From Azolla caroliniana (lineage: Eukaryota; Plantae; Polypodiophyta), in contig JBHGNT010000003.1 of the NCBI GenBank assembly GCA_043228905.1, positions 14,818,001 to 14,882,000 on the forward strand: a DNA stretch of 64,000 nucleotides, given 5' to 3'. Shown here one piece after another: positions 37,013 through 49,610 of the stretch (position 1 is its first letter; each line of letters opens with the position of its first letter). The notes under the pieces are model-generated. The model was not told the DNA's origin. It ran no database searches and worked only from the letters and a program-made list of their open reading frames with translations. The translations under genes and the position numbers were made by a program.

Positions 37013-40000
37013 GACGAATAAACCAAGGATGTGCAACATTGCACATGCACTTAGCAAATAAACCTAGCCTAGTGGCACTTGAGTTCATACAGAGGGGTGC
37101 AAGCAAGGATTGAACCTTGCACCTCTAACATACAAGATAATTGCCTTACCACTAGGACAACTATCATATAGTGTAGATTATATGTATTTCCTTTTCATAT
37201 ACAAATTATAGACGAAACAACCATAGAAAACCATGTGCACAAAACCATGGTTTTAAACCCATGGTTTGTGCATGACATAAGCAAAACCGTGTGCACAAAA
37301 CCATGGTTTTAGCCCATGGTTATGTGCATGTCACGAGCATGGAAAGACCTATAAAAGCCTCTAGTTGGGCTTGTGTAAGGGGGGCTCAATATGTGATATC
37401 ACCAACACCATTATCATCAATATAATATTTGTCTTTATCTTCTTCATGTTTTTCTACTTCTCAAGTGTACAATTTTTCTCCTTCTCAAGTAAACCAATTT
37501 CATCTAATCTTACATTGATCGTCATCTAGCATCGATAATTCCGCGATCATCCTCCCCAGTCCAAGACCCCGGTGGTCGCTCGAGTAGCACACGCACACGC
37601 GAATCTTCGCGACAGCGTCGGTGAAGTGGACCCATTGAAGCGTGATGGAAGCATTCCAAGAGTTCGAGTGTCGTTTTGCTCAACTCTCGGAGCGGTATCG
37701 GAGATCGGTGGGGGCGGACAAAGTTCTCCTATTTTTGAAGACAGTCCATTGGGAGGAAAGGATGAACATTTTATTCGAGCTCGACGATGATCATGGAATG
37801 GAGCACACAGCCTCACCGATGATTGGTCCGAAGTGAAGTGGTTATGCTGGCAATACGATGAGAAGTGGTCGGCCACAACACGCCCCACGAGTGGCGGAGA
37901 AGAGAGGGTGGTGAGTGACCACGCACTATCACCAGAAGAGATCTCAACCCATAATGGTTCGGAGGAGTTCGACCTAGAAGCATTGATACGGGAGGCGTAC
38001 GAGATCAAAGCCAAAGTGGGGTTTATGAAGGAGTCAGGTCCGAGAGGATCGGAGGACGCGGAGGAAGATGCCTCCCTACGCACGGAGGACGGGGCCTATG
38101 TGGGGGTCGAAAGAGCGTATGACGGAGACATGGGAGAGGGTGCGGAGTGAGCAACCCTCTCGTCTTGCGGAAAAGGGACGGCCATGGAGAAGGCCGGAGA
38201 CTACGGAGCGGGGAGCGCCACTTTGAGAGTGGGCGGAAGTTTCGGGATACGGTTGCCTGAAACATCGAGCGGGGAGGAAGCGAGCGTAATCGAGGCTTGC
38301 GCGATTGGAGATGGGGTAGCCATGGACAACGACGTCCGGATGGAGGTGGCTATGGACATGACGAGCGGTAGTGTTGGGACCTTGCTCACACCAGTTCTTG
38401 AGACATTGGCGGTCGGCCACGAGGGCACACGTGAGACCGGAGAGACGGACGGTGGCGGCGGCAAGGCGGACGACCAAGACGATGACAAGGCGAAGGAGGA
38501 AGATTGAACCAGATGGAGACGAGAACCCTCGACACCGGTGCCGGAGGCTACGGCGGTTGTGCTCGAGTGCCAACATAAGACCGAAGAGACAGCGGGTGGC
38601 AGCGAGGAGTTGGAGATTGAAGCGGATGACGATGCCGAAGCATGTATCCGGTGCGGAATGGCAGCAACGAAAGGGGGGAGAGTCCGATGTGGACGTCGGG
38701 ACTACAACAAGTGAAGGGAGAAAAATGAAGCATGCACTACGGCCATTGGAGGGCCAAGAAACATGCATGCACCCGGAGGAGCCGCAATGAATGACTGACG
38801 ATAGCGGTCAGGTCGAGCCTTTGAGAGGCAAGTACGGGAAGAAAGACGACGCGGCGAGGTGTCGAGATTGATGGAACGAGTCGAGCGAGATCGGCATGAG
38901 CGGAGGGTCGTCTCTAGGGAAACAGAGGTGTGTGGTGAGCGAAGGGCTACGCACCGGGAAGAGAAAACAAGACATCCCGAAGGAGGGAGACGACACGCCT
39001 AGGTGCTTGGGACGAGGACATGATTGGGCCGATGGAGGAACATATGAGGTGCGTGATGGATGGTATCCAACATGTGGTCGGAGTGATCGGGAGTCCAATC
39101 GGAGGACACACGCATCAGACAAAGGAAGAGTGATCGGATTGGTGAGATCATTCGGGAGGTCTACTACAACCGGCTGGGGTGGCAGGTGCCAACATCGTAT
39201 ATGGTGGATCGGATGGAGCCGATGGTTCGGGGACATGTGGTGGACACGGTGAATCGGGAGGCTACGATGGTTCGTATGGGAAGGATGGGCATGCTCGAAA
39301 TGTAAGACGAAGTCGGGCAAGGCCAACGAGGAAGCGGTGGAACTTGGTTAATCACCATCGCCAAAAATCTCACCTCTTTCCCTTTCTTGGCACATACCAG
39401 TGGATGTGCGGTTTGCTGGGGGTGGATGTTGTGAGGATTTTCGGTCATGGTAAGAAAACTAAGTGGGATGGATAAAATGGGGATGTGCAACATTGGACAT
39501 GCACTTGGATGATTTGTAAAAGAAACAAATGTTAAAAAGGAAGGGTAAATGTAAGGTGTTAAAAGTGCACTACGACGATTCATAAAGTGTAAATGTGATG
39601 TGCACTTATGTGCACATGCACATGTAGACTAAAGGGAGAGTACAAGAAGTACGGGTGTAGTGAGTAGTGGGCATAGTGTGTGTGTGAGGAGAGGGAGTTA
39701 AGGCTCGATCAATCTCTCCTCTTGAGGTCAAGGCCAAATATTCCCCCATTGAAAGAAGGGGGGGTTGACCTCTTCTTTATGTAATGTGTCTCATCCCTTA
39801 CTACTATAGAAGGGAGTGAGGGGCCATTTTTGAGGGGCTTCCACTTTTTGAGTTTCTTTGGGTTGCCATTAGGGTTTCAGAGTTTTGGGTTTTAGGGGTT
39901 TCATTCGTCTTCTTCTTCTTCTTCTTTTCCCCTATCCGGTTAGGGTTTCATCTAGAGGGTTTACATTCGGCCTACACGCCCACAGTTGTAATTGGTGTGG

Positions 40001-43000
40001 TGCTTTCCATAATGTATCTTGGCTTGTTTAGATCTTATTCGCTTGAATCTTAATGTCTTGCATCTTAATCTTTCTCTTCCTTCTCGGTTGAACTCCCAAG
40101 CTTCTCTCCCTCCTCTTACTCCCTAGTCCAAGACTCCCGTGGTCCCGTCCTATCCGACATGCACGCGTGGATTTCCATGACACCGGAAAAACAAGTAGTC
40201 GAAATGGGAGACAACACTCTGTATACCATTGAACATGTCGGTGAAGTTCCCTTCAACCACGTCGGGCAGAAAGGGAAACTCATGAACGTGTTGCGCGTCC
40301 CGACAATAGCCAAGAACCCGGTGTCAGTTGGTCAGATCATGGACCGGGGGATGCAAGTTCGATTCACATACCTTGGGTGCTAATTGAAGAGGAAGGCCAA
40401 GTTATCGCGCAAGGGCGCCGTGAAGGGAGGATGTTCATCCTCGACACCTATCAAGCTGGGACCGCGTTGTTCGCGAAAGGACAAAAGGTCGAGTCGGACA
40501 TTGACCTGTGGCACAAGTGGTTGAACCACGTTAACTTCCCATGGCTTTGTGAAATGTAGACGAAGAACATTGTTTTTGGCTTGCTGAAATTTCGGGGCCG
40601 TAATGGCCAATTCTACGAAGCTTGCCAAGTCGAGAAGCAGCACCGACTTCCATTCCCCAGTGAGCGTAATTGTAGTCGAAATCCGCTCGACTTTATCCAT
40701 TTGGATGTGTGGGGACCAGCACAGAACGTGAGTCTTGGTGGAAGCCGTTACTTCATAACCTTCATCGATGACTTCACTCGGCATACCTAGGCGTGCTTGA
40801 TCGCGAGAAAGAATGAAGTCTTCGCATGGTTCCTTAAGGTGAAAAACCTTGCGGAAAGGGAAACAGGGCGAAAGATCAAGTGCCTACGGTCTGATGGCGG
40901 GAAGGAGTACTTCTCCAACCAGTTCATGAGTTATCTACAGAAAGAGGAAATTTGACACAATTCTCGTGTAGATATACAATCGAAGAAGCCGCCAGGGCAA
41001 TGCTCGAAGAGAAGCATATGCTGAAGTTTTACTAGGCTGAATCTATAAGGACGACTGTTTACTTGTAGAATTGGCCCTCTACTAATGGAGGAGTGTTGCC
41101 ACATGAGTTGTATTACAGCAAGAAGACGAACTTGGCACACTTGAGGATTTTCGGCAGCATTATGTATGTGCATGTGCCGAAGGAGAAGAGGAGGAAGCTG
41201 GATGCCAATGCCGAGAAGTGTATCTTGGTCGGCTATTCAAACGAGCAGAAGGGGTATAAGTGCTATAACCCCCGAAGAAAGGAAGTTCGCGTAAGCTGAG
41301 ATGTCGTGTTCGACGAGTCCGCTTCGTGGTACTTGTCTTCACCTCCTATACCTCATAATTCCATTCTGAATTCTGAAGAAGAGGTCAACGAGGCTGAGAT
41401 GCCTCGGCGTGATGAGGATATCGGAGCTCTGGCAATGAGTCCGATCTCATTTCGGCTAAGTGGGCTGAATGAGGGGTTGGGCGGAGATGGCCAACCAAAT
41501 GAAGAGCCATCGAGTAATGGAGACTCGATCGTGTTGTCCCTGCGTAAAGAATCGAGGAGACGGTTTACACGTAAAGAAAAGGGGAAGAAGAAAATGTCGG
41601 AGTACGATTTCGGCAGTGGCGAGTCAGATCGGAATGAATCTGACTTCGGGCCAATCGAGAAGGAATCTCCACGGAAGAGGAAGAAATCGGCCGTTAAATC
41701 GAGTAATCACGAATTACGCCGATCTACCTACCTGAAGAACCCTGCAAAGAGGTACGGGTATAATCAGTACATGGCGCATCATTATGTGTACATGACGCGA
41801 GTGGCGGAAGTGCGTGAGCCAGAGAGCTATGCAGAAGTGGCGAAAGACGCAAATTAGCGTGCCGCGATGGAGGAAGAGATGCGTGCTTTAACGGACAATG
41901 AGACTTGGGACCTGGTTGACTCACCTAAAGGTGTTATGCCGATCAGATGCAGATGGGTATTTAAGGTGAAATACAACACCGACGGCTTGGTCAACTGATA
42001 TAAGGCCCATTTGGTTGCGAAAGGCTACGCACAGAAGCACGACATAGATTACGATGAGACCTTCGCACCAGTCGCGAAGATGACTACCGTGCGAGTTCTG
42101 CTAGCCGTAGCTGTGGCGAAGGGGTTTCATCTACATCAGATGGATGTAAACAATGTGTTCCTGCAAGGTGATCTTGAGGAACAAGAGTACATGGTACAAC
42201 CCCCTAGATTTCTATCTGAATAGAACACTTCGGCAGTCTGCCGATCGAAGAAGGTGTTATACGGCCTTAACCAAGCCCCGCGATCTTGGAACTCGAAGAT
42301 TATGCAACAATTGCGTAGAATGGGGTTTACGACGTCCAAATCAAACTCTTCGTTATTCGTTCGGCAAGGTCACCATGGACCGGTTTGTCTTTTACTTTTT
42401 GTTGATGATTTAGTCACCGCCAGTGCCGACCTGAAAGAAATCGGCCGCATAAAGTCTCAGCATGCGGCATCGTTCGAAATGAAGGATCTTAGCGACCTTC
42501 ATTACTTCCTCAATATCGAAGTGATCCGTTCCCCCGAAGGCATATTGATCAATCAACGTCATTATGCTCTGAATCTGCTCTTCAAGTTCAGGATGGAAGA
42601 TTGTAAGCCCATCTCGAACCCTCTGGATAGAAACGTAAAGCTTCGCTGAGATTCAGGAAAGGTGTGCGACCCAACACGGTTTCGACAGATTACGATATTA
42701 TGATATGTCAACGGCACGAAAGACATGGAGTTGTTGTATCGTGTAGATGTAGCCAAGCAATTAGTCGGCTACACGGATGCCGATTGGGCCGGAAATGCCC
42801 ACGATCTTAGATCCACATCTGGATACGCATTCTCATTGGGAAGTGTGGCAATCACGTGGAGCAGTAAGAAGCAGCCGATAGTAGCACTGTCGAGCACTGA
42901 GGCCGAATATCGAGGGGTGATTGTCGCTACTTGCGAAGTCATTTGGCTGAAACGACTATTACGGGATCTACACATAGAGGTGTCTGATCCAATGACAATA

Positions 43001-44268
43001 TATTGCGACAACCTTAGCAATATCTACCTTGTGAAAAACCCTGTATTCCACGCTCGGACCAAGCACATTGAGATGCACTATCACTTTGTCCCCGAGCGTG
43101 TCCTTTCTAGTGAGGTCGAATTGGCCTATGTTCCGACGGGTCGGCAGACTACCGACATCTTCACCAAGTCCCTTGGTCTTAACAAGTTACGACATTTCTC
43201 AGGTGAGCTTAGTTTGCGGCACCTCGACACACTGAACTTGAGGGGGAGACAAGAATAGGAACAAGAGCGTGAAAGGAGCGGTAGTAACTGCGATGCCGAA
43301 TCGGATGAAGAATTAGATTTCGGGCTGGTTGAAGAAGCCGAAGAAGAAAATAGGGACCGTAATCGAACGGAAGAGCCGAAGACAGCCGAAGAAAGGGGAA
43401 ATACAGCGAAGAAGGGCGTAAAGTCCAAGACCAAGACCAAGACGTGGTCTGATGTTGTCAAGGGCATGAAAACAAAAGACGAATTGGAGACAACCGATTT
43501 GGGCAGAAGTGGAATTGAATCGGAAGTGACCGATTTAATCGAAATGTTCGATTCGGATATTACAAATCGACTGAGGGCCAAGCGGAGGAAAGGGCAGTGG
43601 AAGAGGCGCCAACACTGCGACGACAAGGGAGCTGAGAAGGGCCGCATGAGCAGACAAGCCGACCGGAAGGGTCGAAGTGCGCGGAATCGAAGGGGGCGAG
43701 GAGCGCGAGCGACGCATGCAGCCAGGAGAGGCCGGAGCGAAGATCCGGAAAAGCATATGGAACCTCAAGTTGAACTTGAGGGGAAGTGTTGAGAGACAAG
43801 CTCAACATTGGGTGCGTAACCCAGTACGTAGAATGGGTGCGTAAAACCGTACGCAAAATATGGTCGTGCCGGTGTTTAAACCGAGAGGCCGTTAGAACGT
43901 TATTCCTCGTAAGGAATAGTTTTGGGAGTTAGTGTAGAAGGCTCATTTATGAGCGGTCAAGTACTGGCATTACTTGTGTCAGCCCAATAGTCGGGGCTTG
44001 TATAAAAGGTGCTCACTGAGCACGAAATATGTACAGAGAACATACAGAGAATTATTTTGAATATAGTTTTGTATTATCTGATCTCTCTTTGTCTCTCCCT
44101 CTCTTTCTCTGTGGTTTCTGTGTTCTACTGAACTGTCATACTACCGAACCATGTACTCTGTGTTGTTACGCATACGCTTCCGCACACGTATTCTTTTACA
44201 ATTTTTGTATCTCATATTCTCCTTAAATACTTTATTTTTCCATTCTATCTATCTATCTTGTGTTATCT

Positions 44269-47200
44269 TGTTGAGAGACAAGCTCAACATCGGCCGGATC
44301 GGCTGAGCAAGTCGAGGACCAGTGCGTAAAACGGATGCGTAAACCGGTACGCAAACCGGTGCGTAACGAGAGGCCGTATTGGTGCGTAAACCGAAAGGCC
44401 GTTAGAGAGATATTCCTCGTAAAGGAATAAATTTGGGAGTGAGTGTCGAGGCTCATTTATGAGCAGTCAAGTACTGTCAGTACTTGTGTCAGCCCGATTG
44501 TCAGGGCTTGTATAAAAGGTGCTCACTGAGCACGATGTATGTACAAATTGAGTATTATTTTTGAATTTAGTTCTGTGTGTTCTGTCTCTGTCTCTCCCGC
44601 GTACTGTGTATATTCAAGCTCTCCATTAAACCTGCGTATTTTCTCTGTGTTAGTTTTTCTATTGCTTCCACACATAATCGTTCACATGGTATCAGAGCGC
44701 GAGGGTTGAGAACCTCTGCAGCCGACATAGCTTGAAAAGAAAAACCAACCGAGAAGAACAGGTAAAACTGATGGATAGAGGTAAAACTGATGGAGAAGCT
44801 CGACAGAACCAACTACGCATCTTGGTCCTACAAGATGCACCAGTACCTGCTTGGGCATGGTTACTGGAGCTATGTTGACGGAGCAAATGACACAACACCC
44901 GAATCGACACACAAAGATTTCCCGGTGTGGGAACAATCGACGAGAAGAGTGTTGTACTGTTTCGCGTCTTTTGTGGGTGAACAACTATTAAGCTACGTTC
45001 GGGATGCAAAAACGACGAAGGGTGCATGGGAAAATCTGAAGAAGATCTTTCCCGCGAGCACCATAGCCAGGAAGCTTCAACTTCGACAGGAGTTGAGCAA
45101 TCTACGACAACGCGATTTGTCGATGGCTGACTATACCTCGAAGATCAAGGACATATGCGACTCCTTAGCTTCCATCGATGTGAACATCGAGGAAAGCGAG
45201 ATGGTCCAGGTCTGTCTCGGGGGTTTGGCGTCGAAGTTCGGGGCGTTCCGAATTGTTGTGTGTACCCGAGAGAATACGTCGTCCTTTTTCGACTTACAGT
45301 CGATTCTCCTGGTAGAGGAGAACCACGTGGGTGCGTCAACGAGCACGCACACAGACAACAAGATGTTGTACAGAGAGGGAGATAGGCCCCGTGGACCTGG
45401 AGGACAAGGCGAGTCGGTGCGCAATGGAGGCGGCCGACGAGATCAAGGAAGAAGGCACCGAAGTGCTGCTGACAGCAATTTCGGAGCCTCTGGAAACATG
45501 GGGAGTCGAGGCGATGAGAACTGGCAAGGGAAACCCGCCACAGAATGTTGGTACTATGGCAGGAAAGGCCACAGGGAGAGTGAGTGCTGGAAAAAGCGCG
45601 TCGAGTCGAAGAGGACCGATTCCGAATCTGGTTCTGGACATATCGACAAAGGAAACCGGCAGCGATCGCACTATGCCGAAGGATCCGGAAAAGCTGAAAA
45701 AGGGTCTGCTTTCGTGACGAGACACGAAGCAAACTCAATGAAACAGACCACCCTGAAATCGGATGAGGTGTGGTATGTCGACTCCGGCGCGTCAAATCAC
45801 ATGACGAGCCATAAGGAGTGGTTCTCGTACCTAGAAAAACCGATGCAACCGGGAGTAGTCACAACCGGAGACGACACTCCACATCTGATCATGAATGTCG
45901 GAGAAGTTCCCCTGAGCCATGTCGGGCAGAAAGGGAAACTCATGAACGTGCTACACGTTCTGACAATCACGAAGAACTTGGTGTCGGTCGGACAGATCAT
46001 CGACCAAGGGATGCAGGTCCGGTTTACACACCTAGGGTGCCTCATTGAGGAAGAAGGCCGTATTATTGCGCAAGGGCGCAGAGATGGGAGGATGTTCAAC
46101 CTCGACTCTACTGAAGATGGCACCGTAATGTTCGCGAAGGGACAAAAAGTCGAGTCGGACATCGACTTATGGCACAAACGGATAGGCCACGTCAACTACC
46201 AGCGGCTTCAGGACCTGCAATCGAAACAGGTGGTGTTCGGATTGCCCAAATTTAGTGGCCGGAAGGCACAAATTTGTGAAGCCTGCCAGCTTGGGAAGCA
46301 ACACCACTTCCCTTCCCCAATGAGCGTAACCGGAGTAGGAACAAACTTGACTTGATACACTCCGATGTGTGGGGGCCAAAACAAAACGTTAGTCTTGGCG
46401 GGAGCTGATATTTCGTCTCCTTCATCGACAACTACACGCGACACACGTGGATCTACCTCATTGAGAGGAAGAGCGAAGTCTTTGACTATTTCCGAGACCT
46501 CAAAGGGTTCATGGAAACGGAAATAGGAAGAAAGATCAAGTGCCTACGGTCGGATGGCGAAAAAGAATACTTTTCTAGACAATTCAGCGGTTATCTACAA
46601 CAGATGGGAATTCGGCGCGAATTCAGTTGTAGATACACGTCGAAGCAAAACGGCGTGGCCGAGAGGAAAAATCGGTCGGTTGTGGAAGCGGCACGGGCAA
46701 TGCTGGAGGAGAAGAACTTGCCCAAGAGCTACTGGACCGAGGCGGTAAGGACCGCGGTATACATCCAAAACCGGATCGGAGAGAAAGCGTCGGCGCACGA
46801 GCTATATTTTGGAACGAAGCAGAACTTGCGACACTTACGAGTTTTCGGTAGCATTGCGTATGTGCCTGTGCCGAAGGAGAAACGGAGAAAGCTGGATGCA
46901 AAGGCCGAGAAATGTATCTTGGTCGGTTACTCGGATGAGCAGAAGGGTTATAAGTGTTATAACCCTCGCACCAAACAAGTGCAAGTGAGCCACGACGTTG
47001 TGTTTGACGAGTCCGCGTCTTGGTACTTGCCTCCAACTACAGACCTCACCTCCAATCTGAGTTCTGACGATTAGCTCAGTGAGGCCGAGGTGCCTTCGGA
47101 TGAGCCTGAAATCGGGACCTCCGAAGAGAGTCCGATTTCGTTTCTGTTAAGCGTACCGGATGGATGATTGAGTCGGTTCGACCAGTCCGATGAAGAGCCG

Positions 47201-49259
47201 TCGAGTAGTGGAGACTCGACCGTGCATTCCCCGTGTAGGAAGCCGAGGAGACGGCTTACGCGCAAAGAGAAGGGGAAGAAGAAGGTGTCGGATACCGGCA
47301 CGGATAAGAACGAGTCAAACCGACGCGAGTCCAACTCTGAGGGAAGCGGTGACGGGTCTTCAAGAGCGAAGTCCGCGTTGGCCGAGAAGACCTCGACATC
47401 GGCTAATGATCAATTACGTCGATCTACCCGTCAGAAGAACCCAGTTGTGCGGTTCGGATACAACGAGTACATGGCGCATCATTATGCGTACATGACCCGT
47501 GTAGCCGAAGTGCCTGAGCCGGAGAGCTACGCAAAAGCAGCTAAGGATGCGAATTGGCTCGCCGCAATGGAGGAAGAGATGCACACATTGTCGGAAAACT
47601 AGACCTGGGACCTAGTTGACGCACAAAAGGGTGTGAAGCCAATCGGATGTAGGTGGGTGTACAAGGTCAAGTACAACACCGACGGCTTGGTCAACCGCTA
47701 CAAGGCCCGGCTAGTGGCAAAAGGCTACGCGCAGAAATACGGCACTAAGGACCGGGGACTGCTATATCGGACCGATACAACCTCGCAGTTGGTCGGCTAC
47801 ACCGATGCTGATTGGGCTGGCAACAACACCGATCGTTGATCCACGTCTGGATACGCGTTCTCTCTTGGGAGTGCCGCGATAGCGTGGAGCAGTAAGAAGC
47901 AGCCGACAGTTGCACTGTCGAGCACTGAAGCTGAGTACCGAGGAGCGGTTGTCGCGACATGCGAAGCCATATGGTTGAAGCGGCTACTTAATGACCTGCA
48001 AGAGGTGTCTGATCTGACGACGATCTACTGTGACAACCTCAACAACATCCAGCTCGCGAAGAACCTTGTTTTCCACGCCCGGACCAAGCACATTGAGGTA
48101 CACTACCATTTTGTTCGTGAGCGTCTCCTTTCTGGAGAAGTCGAACTTCAATATGTTTCGACGAATCGGCAAACTGCCAACATCTTCACCAAGCCCCTTG
48201 GTTTGGACAAGTTGCGGCAATTCTCGGGTGCGCTTGGGTTGCGTCACCTTGACGTGCCAAACTTGAGGGGGAGAACAGTCTCGAAAGACCGAGCAAGGGA
48301 GCAAGAAGGGAGTGGAAGAGGTTGCGACACCGAGTTGGACACCGAGTCGGATGACGAATTCGACTTCAGATCGGCTGAAGAAGTTGAGGGCGGATCCGCA
48401 GAAGAGTCCAAAAGCGGACATAAGGGGAGCAGCCGAAAGAAAGAGCCAAAGCCAACCAAGCATGGGGGAGATGACGCCGTCAAGGGTGAGAAGACCGAAG
48501 AAGAGTTGGAGACATCCAACTCGAACGAGAGAGAAAACCGATCGGAGGTAGCCGAGTCGGTTCGGATGTTTGATTTGGGTACATTGAATCAACCAAGGGC
48601 CAAGCGGAGAAGAAGGTAGTAGGAGAAGCACCAACACCGCGACAGCAAGGGAGCTGTGAAGGGCCGTGGGAGCAGACAAGCCGACCGGAAGGGTCGAAAC
48701 GCGCGGAGTCAAACAGGCCGAGGAGCGCGAGTGAGGCGTGGAGCCAGGAGGAACCGGAGCGGTGATCCGGAAGATCCCGAAGAGCCTCAAGTTGAGCTTG
48801 AGGGGGAGTGTTGAGAGACAAGCTCAACATCGGCCGGATCTGCTGAGCAAGCCGAGGACCGGATCGGTTGGGACCGATCGGTTAGGCCGGACCGGTGCGT
48901 AAAATGGATGCGTAAACCGGTACGCAAACCGGTGCGTAATGAGAGGCCGTATTGGTGCGTAAACCGAAAGGCCGTTAGAGAGATATTCCTCGTAAAGGAA
49001 TAAATTTGGGAGTGAGTGTCGAGGCTCATTTATGAGCAGTCAAGTACTGTCAGTACTTGTGTCAGCCCGATTGTCAGGTCTTGTATAAAAGGTGCTCACT
49101 GAGCACGATGTATGTACAGATTGAGTATTATTTTTGAATTTAGTTCTGTGTGTTCTCTCTCTGTCTCTCCCGCGTACTGTGTATATTCAAGCTCTCCATT
49201 AAACCTGCGTATTTTCTCTGTGTTCTTTTTTCTATTGCTTCCGCACATAATCGTTCACA
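44269..49259 (+). mobile_element. Decayed Ty1/copia element (copy 4) inserted in the copy-2 3' LTR; LTRs 44269-44686 and 48809-49259
   Basis: TSD TATCT; PBS at 44687; gag-PR ORF 44790-46355; most of RT deleted at ~47740 (GYAQKY|GTKDRGLLY). Confidence 0.92.
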
Positions 49260-49610
49260 TATCTTTTCTCTCCTTTCTATCACACATACACATAATACAC
49301 ATCTCTTCCGTTGCACGAGAATCATATCCGATTCTTTATAGAGATAAACCATGCATTATATACAACAATGATCCACTTGAATGTGTGGAAAGCTTCAAAT
49401 ATCTTGGCCTTGAAGTTGCTTCAAATCATAGATGGAATGAATGTGCCACACGCCGCTTAGAGGCGGGTAAGCAAGCATACTATGCATTTGAGAACACATG
49501 CAATCTTGGAGATATTAAGTGTTGGGTCCTCAAGAAATATCTTTTCGACACTTTGGTGACATCGGTTCTTCTCTATGGGTTGGAAGCATGGGGCGTTAGC
49601 ATACCTAAAT

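Larger units (their letters stand above)
34097..37614 (+). mobile_element. tRNA-Trp-primed, pol-less LTR element B (3.5 kb, young), nested in element A; LTRs 34097-34742 and 36974-37614
   Basis: The LTRs differ by one 5-bp indel and about one substitution by eye; TSD GCGT; the element A reading FDRWVA|SVK resumes after it. Confidence 0.95.
33182..40182 (+). mobile_element. tRNA-Trp-primed, pol-less LTR element A (decayed gag-like ORF); LTRs 33182-33976 and 39427-40182
   Basis: TG..CA LTR pair; PBS TGGTGAACCCGATGTGAA at 33979-33996; pre-LTR tract GCGGTTTGCTGGGGGTGGA; 4-bp TSD CTGG/CCGG; internal region homologous to the 741-aa ORF; no RT/IN motifs. Confidence 0.9.
26750..44200 (+). mobile_element. 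Decayed Ty1/copia element (copy 3), 5' LTR lost; segments ~26750-27555, 33040-33181 and 40183-44200; 3' LTR 43787-44200
   Basis: Gag continues across the GGCCC and C(T/C)GG TSD junctions (GPAFVMKH..WYVDSGASNHMT..EWFSYLE|PEKQVVE). IN, RT and RH follow, then a PPT and a TGTTG...TTACA LTR. Confidence 0.85.
23076..49340 (+). mobile_element. Decayed Ty1/copia element (copy 2); 5' LTR 23076-23530, internal region to ~26745, 3' LTR remnants 44201-44268 and 49260-49340
   Basis: TSD GAGAT on both sides; PBS at 23531; the U5 end matches at 23440-23530 and 49260-49340; the integrase core is deleted near 25280. Confidence 0.85.

Noticed and set aside
33182-40182. A-B...B-A repeat layout suggesting a DIRS/Ngaro split-repeat element
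   Set aside because: Fully explained by one LTR element nested in another, each with its own PBS, PPT and TSD; no tyrosine recombinase motif.
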